DNA of 64,000 nt from Nitrospirota bacterium. GTDB taxonomy: Bacteria; Nitrospirota; UBA9217. Numbering within the stretch: the stretch's first letter is position 1; each line of letters begins with the position of its first letter. The translations under genes and the position numbers were made by a program. The stretch spans positions 800,001-864,000 of the forward strand of contig CAVTRN010000001.1 of assembly GCA_963737155.1 (NCBI GenBank), in the 5' to 3' direction. Below the pieces are notes generated by a model, which saw nothing but the letters and a program-made list of their open reading frames with translations, made no database searches and was not told the DNA's origin. This document shows, one piece after another, positions 24,604-35,375 of this stretch.

Positions 24604-25452
24604 TTAGTGGTTACCGACGCGAGCATTCACTGGCTTCGCCCCTTCACGGTCGACACTCCGGCATGCCTTCCACCCACATTCACGTCGGCGACGACGAAGT
24701 GCTGTTGGACGACTCGCTCCAATATGTTGAGCGTGCAGTTGCCGCAGGCGTCGATGCCCGAGCTGATGTGTGGATGGGGATGCCACACGGGTTTCTCGTA
24801 AGCATCGGAAGATTGAAGGCGGCAGCACAGGCGCAGGATGCCATCGGTGCTTTCCTCGCCGAGAGTTTGAAGGCGCACGAGAGTCCGTAATTGCGTCCCA
24901 TTGAGATCACGGCGAAGATCGCCGGGAACAACGGCTATATAAGCTACATTAAAGTCCTCGACGCCGAGCGTAGCCTTTTCAACGGAGAGCTCTCCTACGC
25001 TCAGACCCGGGACACACTGTTCCGTCGTTCGCGAACCATTACAAGGCCATGGGCATCGGCTGGATTACAGAAGCCGACTGCATAGCGACGATCCCGCCGA
25101 GGTAGTCCACGCAAGGGGTTAGCGTGTTCATATCTTTGTGTTTGCTAGAACAAATATGGAACGAGACTTCTTTATGAGACAAAAGATTGGAAAATGGGAA
25201 TTAAAATTCAGTAGACTTTCGGACGGGGTGCTCATCACATCCTACCCTACGTTGGTCCGGCCAAACGGAACCTGACGCTGCTGTAGCTTTGACTTCTGAC
25301 ACGTCGTCCGGCATGAAGCACGAGCTTGTCGTGTTGCCTGGCGTTTAGTCGACCTGCAAAATTGCTGTGCTTCCTGCGGTTACCTGCAATGACGACCTAG
25401 CAAGCCTTTTTGCACTCGAATTAGTAAACTCTTTTTTTGGAACGAACTCGGT

Positions 25453-26391
25453 TTATTCTTTCATCACCAGTTCTACGGGATAGCCATGATCGCGCCATGC
25501 GTGAAATCCACCCAGAAGCGGCCGAACATGCTTAACCCCCTTTTGCCGCAAAACCAGCGCCACCCGGGCGCTCGAGGCCTCGTTGGGTCACGTGCAATAA
25601 ACGACTGTCTCACGGTCGCTTGATAATGCAGGATAACTCTCTGCCTGGTCTAAAGACATGCGTAAAGCTCCAGGGATCACATAAGGGTCCGCTTCGAAAT
25701 CGAGAGAGTGGCGCACATCAATAATTAATACGTTTTCGCCGGTTTCTAATTTTTGTTTCAATTCATCCGGTGTTATGCGCGCCATGACAAGTTGCTTTAA
25801 AAAGCGCCGACGTAAAGAGTATTTCCAAAGGATATAAATGGTCAGTCCTCCAGCCACGAGCGCAAAGAGCGTTTTGCCCATGCTCCCGGCGTAGTCCAAG
25901 GCGCGATCAAGCTCTTCGCTGAAGATATATCCGAGAATAGAATATGTAGTGGTCCAAAGGAGTATTCCAAGAACATCGAATAGCACAAAGCGTGACAGGG
26001 GCATGCGGATGATACCAGCCAAAGGCGTTGACACGGCGCTCAGGCCGGGTAGAAATTTTGTTATCAGGAGGGACCGTGCGCCGTACACTCCAAAGATGCT
26101 CTCTGTGTGACGGACGCAGGAGTCTGGTTCGAGAGCAATACGGCAGATCATGGATAACACCTTGCTTCCGCGATTGCGGCCCACCGTATACCAGAAAATG
26201 TCACTCAGTAGTGCAGCACAGACTCCCAGACCGATACAGAGAAACAGATTCAGTTGCCCGGCACCAGCAAGGGCTCCCATCGTTATGAGGAGGGGAACGC
26301 TCGGCAGAGGAAGCCCCATTGTTTCCGCAAGGACCCATATAAACAGCACTGCGTACCCGTGTTGTATGAGAAACGGTATGATTTTATCCAT
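25453..26391 (-). CDS. DedA/VTT-rhodanese fusion, predicted selenoprotein (UGA at 25588-25590)
   Basis: DedA domain (ETMGLPLP, SDIFWY, KFLPGL), rhodanese IIDVR; YCT-TGA then in-frame PNEASSARVALVLRQKGVKHVRPLLGGFHAWRDHGYPV to TAA 25453. Confidence 0.85.
25556..25572 (-). promoter_or_regulatory. Candidate bacterial SECIS hairpin
   Basis: AGCGCC-CGGGT-GGCGCT stem-loop with G-rich loop about 15 nt 3' of the in-frame UGA. Confidence 0.65.
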
Positions 26392-26733
26392 AGTGAAATT
26401 GTTTTTACGATGACACTGCAAGGTGATTAAAAAAATCCTTGATAGTGACTCGTTGGTTTCCGTCTATTAAAGCATATCACAAATTCGAGTTTCAAACATT
26501 TAACAGAATAAACGTAATACTTAATCTGGTTTCCCGGGGAGCGATAAACTCAACGTAGGACTGAGGCCGCCTCCCAGCTCTATGTGCAAAGCCTTGTCGA
26601 GAATCAGTCCGGCGTTGTCATCGAAGCAAAAGTTTGAGTAATACTACATGTGGAATAAACTAAACAGGATAAAATCGTGATTCAAACACACTGTCGCCGG
26701 ATTGCTCGTTTCTGTAGTTCACGGAAGTTTCAT

Positions 26734-26885
26734 TTTTATAAAACAGTCCTGAAATACCCAGCAGCTTGCTGCTGGGATGAAAAGGACATCCTGGCGAAGC
26801 CAGGATAAGTCTTCAGCTTCTTTGTTGTGCTTTTTTAAGGTTTCAAGTTCCGATGCCCCGCAGCTTGCTGCGGGGTAATTCACTG
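26734..26885. mobile_element. IS200/IS605-derived MITE, copy 2
   Basis: Direct repeat of 21988-22139 with one extra T in a T-run. Confidence 0.75.
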
Positions 26886-27086
26886 AAATTGCTCACATCG
26901 AAGTTTTCTTTCCAAAGTTCTTTACATTGACATGCATTCCTAAAGAGTTTAAACTTTTGTCAAAACGCTGATGATCTCGAACTATGCTATAAGGCAGATG
27001 GACACGATTTGGCTGAAGAGACAGTTTGATACCCTGCGGGAATTGCGTCAAGAAAATAGCTGGGGTGTTCCAACAAGGAGGTGTTC

Positions 27087-27698
27087 ATGCCGCGCGTATT
27101 GATCGACATCAAAGGACAGGATTTTCGGAAGCCCGACCACGATATAGAAAGATATTTCCTGAACCGGTGGTCGCCGCGGGCAATGACTGGTGAAGAGATT
27201 ACGCGGGAGGAGCTGATGCGGATGTTCGAGGCGGCACGGTGGGCCATGTCGTCGTCCAATAACCAGCCGTGGCGGTTCCTGTTCGCCATGCGGAACACGC
27301 CGCACTGGGAAACCTTCTTCGACCTCATGGTGCCCGGTAATCAGATCTGGTGCAGGAACGCGGCGGTTTTGCTTGTCGTCGCATCGAAGACCACCTTTGA
27401 TCACAACAATAATCCTGCGCGCACCCATTCCTATGATGCCGGCGCTGCATGGTACAGCTTTGCGCTGCAGGGCGTGACGATGGGGCTCGTTGTTCACGGC
27501 ATGCAGGGGTTCGATTACGACCGGGCGAAAAGGGAGTTGGGCGTGCCCGACGATCACCAAGTCGAGGCCATGGCCGCAGTCGGTAGGCCCAGTGATATCA
27601 AGGACTTGCCCCAAGCCTTACAGGAACGGGAGAAACCCTCGCAGCGAAAAAAAGTGGAGGAGTTCACCTTCGAGGGAGGGTTCGGGACTGGTCAATAG
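27087..27698 (+). CDS. Nitroreductase family protein
   Basis: RWSPRAM, AARWAMSSSNNQPWRF, HGMQGFD; RBS AGGAGG. Confidence 0.9.
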   Translation: MPRVLIDIKGQDFRKPDHDIERYFLNRWSPRAMTGEEITREELMRMFEAARWAMSSSNNQPWRFLFAMRNTPHWETFFDLMVPGNQIWCRNAAVLLVVASKTTFDHNNNPARTHSYDAGAAWYSFALQGVTMGLVVHGMQGFDYDRAKRELGVPDDHQVEAMAAVGRPSDIKDLPQALQEREKPSQRKKVEEFTFEGGFGTGQ

Positions 27699-27971
27699 CG
27701 GAACGGCTATCAATTACTAACTCGCATACGTGGCAACCGTTTCCATCCTGACGCAGAATAAACGTCACTGGCTCAGGGTTTAGATAGTCAGCGGTGCGGC
27801 TGATGCTTGGCGCTGATGTGCAATTATCAATCAGTTATATATGAGTAGAGCATGAAGTTAATCTTCCCTATTTAATCATAAGGGATAGTGCACTTTCAAT
27901 CTACCCAAAATAGAAACCTCCTGCTAAGAATTAGTTTACTAGGAACTAAATTCAAGTGACAGGAGGCTTCT

Positions 27972-29242
27972 ATGAACTGCATTAATGATATCAGACTTGA
28001 GCAGTTCCATCAACTGAAGAACGAGATTCGCAGTTCTGCGGAGTATTTGGTCGTCGGTTTGGACATTGCCAAGGAGAAACACAATGCTTTCTTCGGTACA
28101 GCAAACGGTAAAACACTGCACAGGGGAATGTCCTTTGATAATACGTTAAAGGTTTTCGCAAGCTGCTTACGCAGGTAGAGGCACTCAAGACGCAATATGG
28201 TCTGCCGAAGGTGGTCTTTGGCATGGAGCCGACGGCTAATTACCATAAACCCTTGGCGGAACATCTCATAAAGTACAGCCACATGGTTGTTCTGGTATCT
28301 ATCGCATCGACAGCAAAGAACCGGGAGCTTTTGGACGGCCGATGGGACAAGCATGACACCAAGGATGCGGCGAACGTTGCTGACCTTGTCGCCCAAGGGA
28401 AATGCCTGTACTACGACTTTCCGGAAGCAGCTATACGTAATATGAGGGGCCTCCTTTCGTTCAAGAAGCGGCTCACGAAAGAAGAGCATGCACTGCAGGT
28501 CCGCATCCGCAATCAGCTGCTCGCACAGTACTTCCCGGAGATGGACCGCCATTTTCGCTCAGCAGTGAGCCTGGCCGTGATTCGGACCTGTCTTGATCCA
28601 TCGTTGATTGTTGGGATGGAATACGACGAGTTTTGCCGGACCGTAGCGCCAGGGAGGGTGAACTTTAGACAACAGAGTCTGCTCCAGCAGATCTGGCAAC
28701 TAGCTCACAAGTCTATCGGTTGTCGGGTAGATGAAACCGTATTGTTTGAAGCGCAAACGATGGTTCAGAGCCTCCACCATGTGCGGGAGACGATTAAAGC
28801 CGTTGATGATAAAACAAAGGATCTCTGTTTACCGTATCCCGAATACGCCTGTCTTTTAAGCATCCCGGGCTTTGGTCCAGATGTTTCTTCCACTGTATTG
28901 AGCGCGCTCGGCAATCCGTACTGGTTTTCCTGCAGTAAGCAGGTTCTAAAGATGGCCGGTTATGATTTGTGTGCTGATCGGAGCGGTAAAACAATATCAA
29001 ATGCCGTTCCGGTTATTTCCAAGATAGGCAAGGTTGGTCTGCGATCCGCCCTTTATCAGGCGGCGGTTATCGCTTCCAACAGCAATACTTTATTCATGGC
29101 CTATTACACCGATAAGCTTAAAGATCGAAGTTGGGAGAAAGGAATCGGAACCAAAATGCGGGTGAAGCTCGCCGCGAAACTCTTGATCGTTGCCTGGACA
29201 CTGATGAAGAAGAAAGAGGGCCTGGTTGGCCAGGGGTCATAA
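27972..29242 (+). mobile_element. IS110-family transposase, frameshifted near 28150
   Basis: VGLDIAKEKH, GMEPTANYH, DKHDTKDAAN, SIPGFG, DRSGK, VKLAAKLL. Confidence 0.82.
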
Positions 29243-29545
29243 ATTCAGATTCAAATATGCCATTATTTCGACTTCTGATAACTCGCGAGGTTCTTCCTTT
29301 AGTTGTTTAAGTTTATATTCTTAGCTTAATGTTTAAGCCTGTATCCGATAATATCTACCCATAAAATACATTACTTTTGTCCTTTTTCTAGCCGTATCTT
29401 TCCATATGCTTCTATGTATCGACTGATCGAGCGAATTACATGTTAACGAACGAATAGACAAATCCGGCCATTTGGAAGTTTTTAGGGCTCGATCAGAGCA
29501 GCCAGGTTCGCTATTAAATACCGCAGGAACACCCGTTTCTGCGTT

Positions 29546-29974
29546 TCAAATACAGGTAAAAGGCAACACCCTTTCTCGAGAGGCAAAGTTGAGATAGCGC
29601 GGCGACAAATAAGCATCCATAATCGTATGACTGCTAACAATACCTACGTATTTCTTGTTGTTAACAATCGGGATAATGGTATAGTTGCTGAGAAGCAGCA
29701 TCTCAATCACATCATCGCACAGTGTATTCATTTCGGCTATTGTCGGGTCCGTGCTCATGATCCTGCGCACTGTTATTTTTTCCAGGTCAAGGCCTTCTCG
29801 CATTGCGCCGAGCACATTAAATTCGGTAACGATCCCGATAACCTCCATATTTTCGTCGACAACTGGAAGCCCTGGTTGCCCGGTTGAAATTATTTTATGA
29901 GCTGCGTCTTTTACGTTCGCATCCGCTCCAACAGCAACTTTTCTTCTCATGATATGTTTAGCGCTGATAGTCAC
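29546..29974 (-). CDS. CBS-domain protein
   Basis: Tandem CBS motifs (GLPVVDE..GIVTE; IPIV..VGIVS); RBS AAGGAG. Confidence 0.85.
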   Translation of the reverse strand: MTISAKHIMRRKVAVGADANVKDAAHKIISTGQPGLPVVDENMEVIGIVTEFNVLGAMREGLDLEKITVRRIMSTDPTIAEMNTLCDDVIEMLLLSNYTIIPIVNNKKYVGIVSSHTIMDAYLSPRYLNFASRERVLPFTCI

Positions 29975-31275
29975 CTTTTTCTCCTTTCAATTAAATGAAT
30001 GAGAACTCCACACGTATAGATGGCCCACATTCATCTATTGGTGGCAATCACTACTGGTCGGGGTCTGTGGAGCGAAGTAGATACCCCCTTAACAAAAAAT
30101 CACTGCTGCTTAAGTAAAACTCAACTTACCGCACCGGATTGTCAAAACAGCGCGTTTTTTTTGAACAGAGTAGTGTCGATTTATTGAAAACGCTGCATTT
30201 AATACCTTTTAACTTGCTATTCCCAATAACTTAAGGGAAAAGTGAAAGAAACCAAAGGTTACTTATTGAGAAATCAAACAAAATACCCTGTGTCTGTTTG
30301 CTGCGTGTGTTCATTTATTACGTCAAACTTTTATAAATCCTGATACAAACTGTCTAATCAATAGAACGTCTCTCTGAAAATTGGTCTATATATTACATGA
30401 ATAACTTTTGTATCTTATCGGAAAATACTAAAATAACTTTAATTCTTTGGGCGAAGTCTTATGGTAAAACAAAGTAATTTCCAGGCTTGCTTTATGAGTT
30501 TGCAAAATCAACCACATTCTCGGGATTTTAAAACAGGATGCGAAGCCCAGAGAACTAAGATCAACAAGAAAAAGATAATTTCTGTGTGAATTTTTTAGTC
30601 AAACCTCTTTTTGGAAGCTGTTATAGTTGCATTTCCTTTAAACATGTCTGACTACATTCTGTCGCGCCAGGTCAAGCCTGGGAGAGGTGAACGACCAGAA
30701 ACCGAAACCTTTCGTAGTGATTCTGTAGGCAACCAATCCTACCTGACAAAGCCTGGTCAGCAGTCAGAAGCGAGTCTTGCATGCGCATAGGTGACTATGT
30801 GTGTGAAGCGTAGACAGCTACTGCAAAAGCCGTGTCATTGAGCCCCGAAATAGCCTTGTGAGAGTTTTCGTTTTCAGAATGACGGGAACAGCATCGATCG
30901 TGCAGTACCGACCTTACATGATCGGTCCCACCGGGGTCAAAGAGCAGGGCAAATGTAGAGAAGGGTCATCCAGGAACCTGGGAGGTCTTGCCAACTCCGT
31001 CTTTGAAACACCGGTGGGGATACGGAACGAATAACTCCAGGCCTCAAATGTCCGCGCTGAGACGTGTGAGGAGGTGCTGAAGGGCACGAAACGAAACGAT
31101 CAGCGCGAAGGACGGTATCGCCAACTGAAGGAAACGAAAGACGGCGAGATGGGAAGCAAGATGTCGTAGCGCCCTCATAGTACCGGTGAAGCAGGGGAAT
31201 GAATCCCATCGGACCCTGTCGAGGTAAGGGGGGCGTCGTATTGTAGAATCGTTGAGGGGAAAGACAGAGGATGCG

Positions 31276-32970
31276 ATGGAATCCGGAAATACAGTCTACA
31301 CGAAACAGCAACGGATAGCAGAACTCGCGAGGATTCACCCTGATGTGAGTTTTACGTCTCTAGCCCACCATATTGATTTAGGGTGGCTCTATGAAGCATT
31401 CGGGCGAACGCGAAAGGACGGAGCACCGGGAATAGATAAGCAGACCGCAGAAGAGTATGAGAAGGAGTTGAATGCGAATTTGCGGTCACTTCTGGAACGT
31501 GCCAAGTCGGGAAAATACGTCGCGCCGCCGGTGTTGCGGGCGCATATCCCGAAAGACCCGGCGAAGAATGAAACCCGTCCTATCGGTATACCGACGTTCG
31601 AGAATAAGGTGCTTCAGAGAGCTTGGCAGATGGTGCTGGAGCCATTATACGAACAGAAATTTCTGGACTGCTCATATGGGTTCCGGACGGGGCGTTCGGC
31701 CCACGACGCGCTGCAATCGTTGTGGACGCAGATGATGGACGTAGGCGGATGTTGGATCATCGATTTGGATATTCGGAATTTTTTCGATACGATGGTTCAC
31801 GAACACATCAGGAAAATTCTCAAGAGGCGGGTGAGTGACGGAGTAATAACGAGACTCATAGGGAAGTGGTTAAGGGCCGGTGTATGGGAGGCAGGAAACA
31901 TCAGTTACCCAGAAAAGGGTACTCCTCAAGGGTCGTTATGAGAAGCTTCTCATAAGCCGCCTTATCAGAAGTAATATGTTATCCGAAGTAAACACTGTAA
32001 CCGCTTAATATCTAAGCATGTTATCTTTATTTACTTCTGATAATACGACAGGCCGAAGTATTTATGAGAGATTGAAGAACCGATCTCACTAATGCAATTA
32101 GGCCCGTGCAGATGCTGAGCTGAACGATAAAACGTTAGAAAAGGTGTGTTTCCTACTTTTTGCGACCGTATTGCTTAGCCAAGTAATCTCTATCACACAC
32201 AGTATTATCCGAAGTAAATGAAACGCAAACGTAACCGTATCAAGTGTTTGCAGCTTTTACTTCGCATAATGTGATACTTCTGATAAGGCGGCGTGATTTC
32301 CCCCATGCTGAGTAATATTTATCTTCATGAGGTGCTGGACATGTGGTTTGAGAAGGAAGTAAAACCGCGCCTCCGCGGTAAAGCGTTTCTGATTCGTTAC
32401 GCAGATGATGCAGTGTTGGGGTTTGCGTTTGAAGCAGATGCCCGGAAAGTGATGGAAGTCCTTCCGAAGCGGTTTGGCCGATATGGCCTGACGATCCACC
32501 CGGAGAAGACCCGCGTGGTGAGGTTCGTCAAGCCGGATAATACGAACTCGGGAGGCCACAGCCAGGACAAGGACAACACGTTCAACTTTCTAGGATTTAC
32601 TCACTACTGGGCAAAGACCCGTAAAGGTACAATGGTAATCAAGCGAAGTACCGAGAAGAACCGGTTCGCGCGAGCGCTCCTGAAGATCAAGGAGTGGTGC
32701 AGGATCAATCGGCACAACCCCCTGAAGGAGCAGCATAGGACGCTGAACCAGAAACTTCGAGGCCACTACGCCTATTACGGGATCACAGGCAACAGCAAGA
32801 TGGTGGGGAGTTTCTACCACAGGGTGAGGCGGCTGTGGCGCAAATGGCTACAGCGAAGGTCGTGCGATGGCAGTATCCCGTGGGAGAACTTCGAACTGCT
32901 TGAGAAAGTCTATCCACTGGCACCAGCGAGAATCGTTCACTCTGCATACTTACGCAAAGCTACAGCATGA
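31276..32970 (+). pseudogene. ltrA: Group II intron RT/maturase split by a 357-bp insertion
   Basis: APGID, RPIGIP, SYGFR, DIRNFFD, GTPQG | GVISPMLSNIYLH, RYADD, FLGF, domain X; removing 31932-32288 restores a 445-aa ORF. Confidence 0.9.
31932..32288. mobile_element. Non-coding mini element with RIT-like ends (20-bp palindrome, 37-bp IRs, six repeated boxes)
   Basis: Palindrome TTATGAGAAGCTTCTCATAA 31936-31955; IR 31956-31992 vs 32256-32292; AAGG repeated at both junctions; no ORF. Confidence 0.75.
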
Positions 32971-33365
32971 AGAACCGAATGCGTGAATTACGCACGTTCG
33001 GGTCTGTGGGGGGCTGGGGCAAGTGACTGCCCTGGCCTACCTGGCTAGCATTGTATTTTGTTATAAAGATTTCTGTCAGCAACTCCTTTCCAGAGCAGTT
33101 GAAATTTCCATTAGCTGCAAATTCACTTTTCAACTCGAAAGCCATACGGTAAAAAACTCAAGTACACTATTTTATGAGCTTTTATAACGTTATTTTTTCT
33201 CTTTTCGGATGATTTTTTGACAATACGGGAACATTCCTGAGAGGAGGATCATCCCCCAGGTAATTACAAAGCGCCATTACTTGCATGGATTTTATGTTTC
33301 AGTTATCAGTCAAAAGGTCCTTCGTAATATGGATCCAATCATTGACAACCCATCTCCCGTTGTTT

Positions 33366-34838
33366 TCACTGCATGGTGTAAATCGGCATTTTCTTTTCCA
33401 CCATGTCTACAACTGGCAAGGTGGGGACCTTCTTCAAGCCATACGTGGCTTCCAGGATAATGTCCGGCGGAACATTTGAGAGCAGATCTTCAGCGACTTC
33501 CTGATCTGCCTGACGATAACGGAGCTTCGTCTCAATCATGATGCGCTGGGGACTTTTCATCGGGGGGACGCCGTAATAAATATCTTTATAACCGCGGGGT
33601 GGAATGGTCTCATGACGCGAGAAGGCCGTGATGACCCACGGATGTAAGGAAAAATGGAAATCCTTTCCCATCCCGTCCGAGTTGAAAATACGGGACTCAG
33701 GCATAAGCTTGCCATGTTCATCCAATTGACCGCTGCTCATAATCACCTTGCCTGTTTCATCTCGGGCGATGATCTCCAGCCACATTTCCCGGACGTTCGT
33801 GAGCGACGTAGGCAGGTTGTGCCCAGCCCTAATGTTCTTGACCCTGATCTTCACTTCCGTCAGCTCGTTGTTCTGGTAGACGGGGAAGATTTCCAGGTCC
33901 GCCGCTAATTTGAGCCGCTCAATAGACATCTCATATTTTTTTGTAAGATTGGCGGCCAATTCCTGATTTCCTGCTTTTTCCGCAGCGTTCTTCGCCAAGT
34001 AGTAGAGAAGATAGTTGGCACCGTTGAAGTAATGGTGATATTCCTCGCGAACCGGCTTCTGGAACGTATCTGCCGACCGCTTGAAGACATCAATCTCCAC
34101 CATGTGGCAATCCTGGCACATAATCCCTTTTTGGGCATAGGGCCCGTGCTTCCATTCATTGTATGTTGCTTCAATGGGGAACTGGTCGTCATAATGGTAC
34201 ACATTATGGCAGGAAGCGCACAAATCGGCCTTCATGTGGAGTGGGGACTCAATGCACACATGAAATCCCATGCCGCATCCGTCGTAAGGAGTAAGTGGCC
34301 CGCGCTTCGTGAGCTCGGTCCCTCCCGTTGCGTCCACTCCAGGCGTAAGGATAAAAGATCCGTTTTCCGCCTCGTGGGTCGGCGTCTGCCAATGGGTCAC
34401 TCCACTTATCGAATGACAGATATCGCAGGACACCCCTGCCATAGCCATGGCGGAGAGGCCTTTGAGCCCTGGACCCTTAATCTCGCCCGTCACCACCCCG
34501 GCAGGCGAATGACAACCCTCGCACTGGCGAGTTACCTCATGTCCCACGGCTTTGAACCCTTTATTCAGCTCGCCCTGGTAAACTGGGTCTTGAAAGGCCA
34601 TGGAATGCATCGAACCAGTCCATTCTTTGAATTTATCCGGATGGCATCCAGCGCAGACTTCGGGCTCGGTGAATGGGGTAGTTGATTTATCCCATTTTAT
34701 TAATGAAGGGTAGTAGGGGTAAAAATCATGATCAACCTCGAATTCCTTCGGTTGTGGCCATTGCGACCAGGAGATCCGGGACAGGCTGACCAGCAGAACA
34801 ATTGCAAGAAACAAAACCAATACCATATGTCGCTTCAT
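33366..34838 (-). CDS. Periplasmic multiheme cytochrome c (c554-like, 5 CxxCH)
   Basis: CAGCH, CEGCH, CDICH, CASCH, CQDCH; AGHNLPT motif; signal peptide; RBS AAGGAG before ATG 34838. Confidence 0.88.
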   Translation of the reverse strand: MKRHMVLVLFLAIVLLVSLSRISWSQWPQPKEFEVDHDFYPYYPSLIKWDKSTTPFTEPEVCAGCHPDKFKEWTGSMHSMAFQDPVYQGELNKGFKAVGHEVTRQCEGCHSPAGVVTGEIKGPGLKGLSAMAMAGVSCDICHSISGVTHWQTPTHEAENGSFILTPGVDATGGTELTKRGPLTPYDGCGMGFHVCIESPLHMKADLCASCHNVYHYDDQFPIEATYNEWKHGPYAQKGIMCQDCHMVEIDVFKRSADTFQKPVREEYHHYFNGANYLLYYLAKNAAEKAGNQELAANLTKKYEMSIERLKLAADLEIFPVYQNNELTEVKIRVKNIRAGHNLPTSLTNVREMWLEIIARDETGKVIMSSGQLDEHGKLMPESRIFNSDGMGKDFHFSLHPWVITAFSRHETIPPRGYKDIYYGVPPMKSPQRIMIETKLRYRQADQEVAEDLLSNVPPDIILEATYGLKKVPTLPVVDMVEKKMPIYTMQ

Positions 34839-35089
34839 AGATGGCTCCTTTCGAGTTGTGGTGAAAGCTTTCTGCATATAGGCAATATTATAGCAGAAAA
34901 AAATTTGGCTTATTCTGATGACATTTCGTTTACTGCTCTATTCTAAAAAACCTCTTGAGAAGTCGGCAAGTAACGGAATTTCTTGGCGGGGATAGCACTT
35001 TTTTTGAGGTAGAAAAGCACTCCTTCTGATAAGATTGGTTTGACAGCAAATCAAACAAAATGGAGTGCCGATGAATACGCTGTGAGAAA

Positions 35090-35375
35090 CTATACATGGT
35101 CGAAATCCAAAGTACCGGATGATCTTTCCCTACCTGCAATCATATTAACCGATCCGATGACGGACAAGCAGAAACAGCTTATAACTATTCTCGAGATTGT
35201 GCAGGTAGAAAATTATGTAAAAACTCGGATGTGGCAGTGGTTGCCAGTAACTGGTGAATCGCTACCCGATAGCGCGGGCTTTTGTAGCAAAGGCGGTGTA
35301 TAAGTTTCCCACGACGCGGGCTCTCCTGGAAGGGTTGTATTTCATGCCGAATCTGCGGACCATCTGCGGGTTCAG
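35090..35375 (+). pseudogene. Transposase N-terminal remnant (IS5/IS1182-like)
   Basis: PMTDKQKQLITILEIV, then in another frame IARAFVAKAVYKFPTTRALLE..LRTICGF. Confidence 0.65.

Larger units (their letters stand above)
22215..24890 (+). pseudogene. Alpha/beta hydrolase (HSL-type esterase) disrupted by IS1634 and frameshifts
   Basis: HLHGGW, PDYRLAPEH in a shifted frame, degenerate GDSAGG, LLSPVT; C-terminal VGDDEVLLDD..GMPHGF resumes after 24603. Confidence 0.8.
30661..33045 (+). mobile_element. Group II intron (bacterial class E/F-like, RT without endonuclease)
   Basis: 5' end approx GTCGCGCCAGG (boundary uncertain); domain V GAAGAACCGAATGCG..CGCACGTTCGGGTC near 32969; domain VI ending CCTACCTGGC at 33045; internal RT. 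Confidence 0.85.

Noticed and set aside
24891-25085. Fragment resembling the C-terminus of an outer membrane efflux protein (GYISYIKVLDAERSLF)
   Set aside because: Too short and degraded to call beyond a possible remnant
31932-32288. Insert as a nested group II intron (twintron) or DGR template repeat
   Set aside because: No domain V/VI, no GUGYG end and no adenine-specific variant repeat pair seen; IR symmetry indicates a DNA-level element
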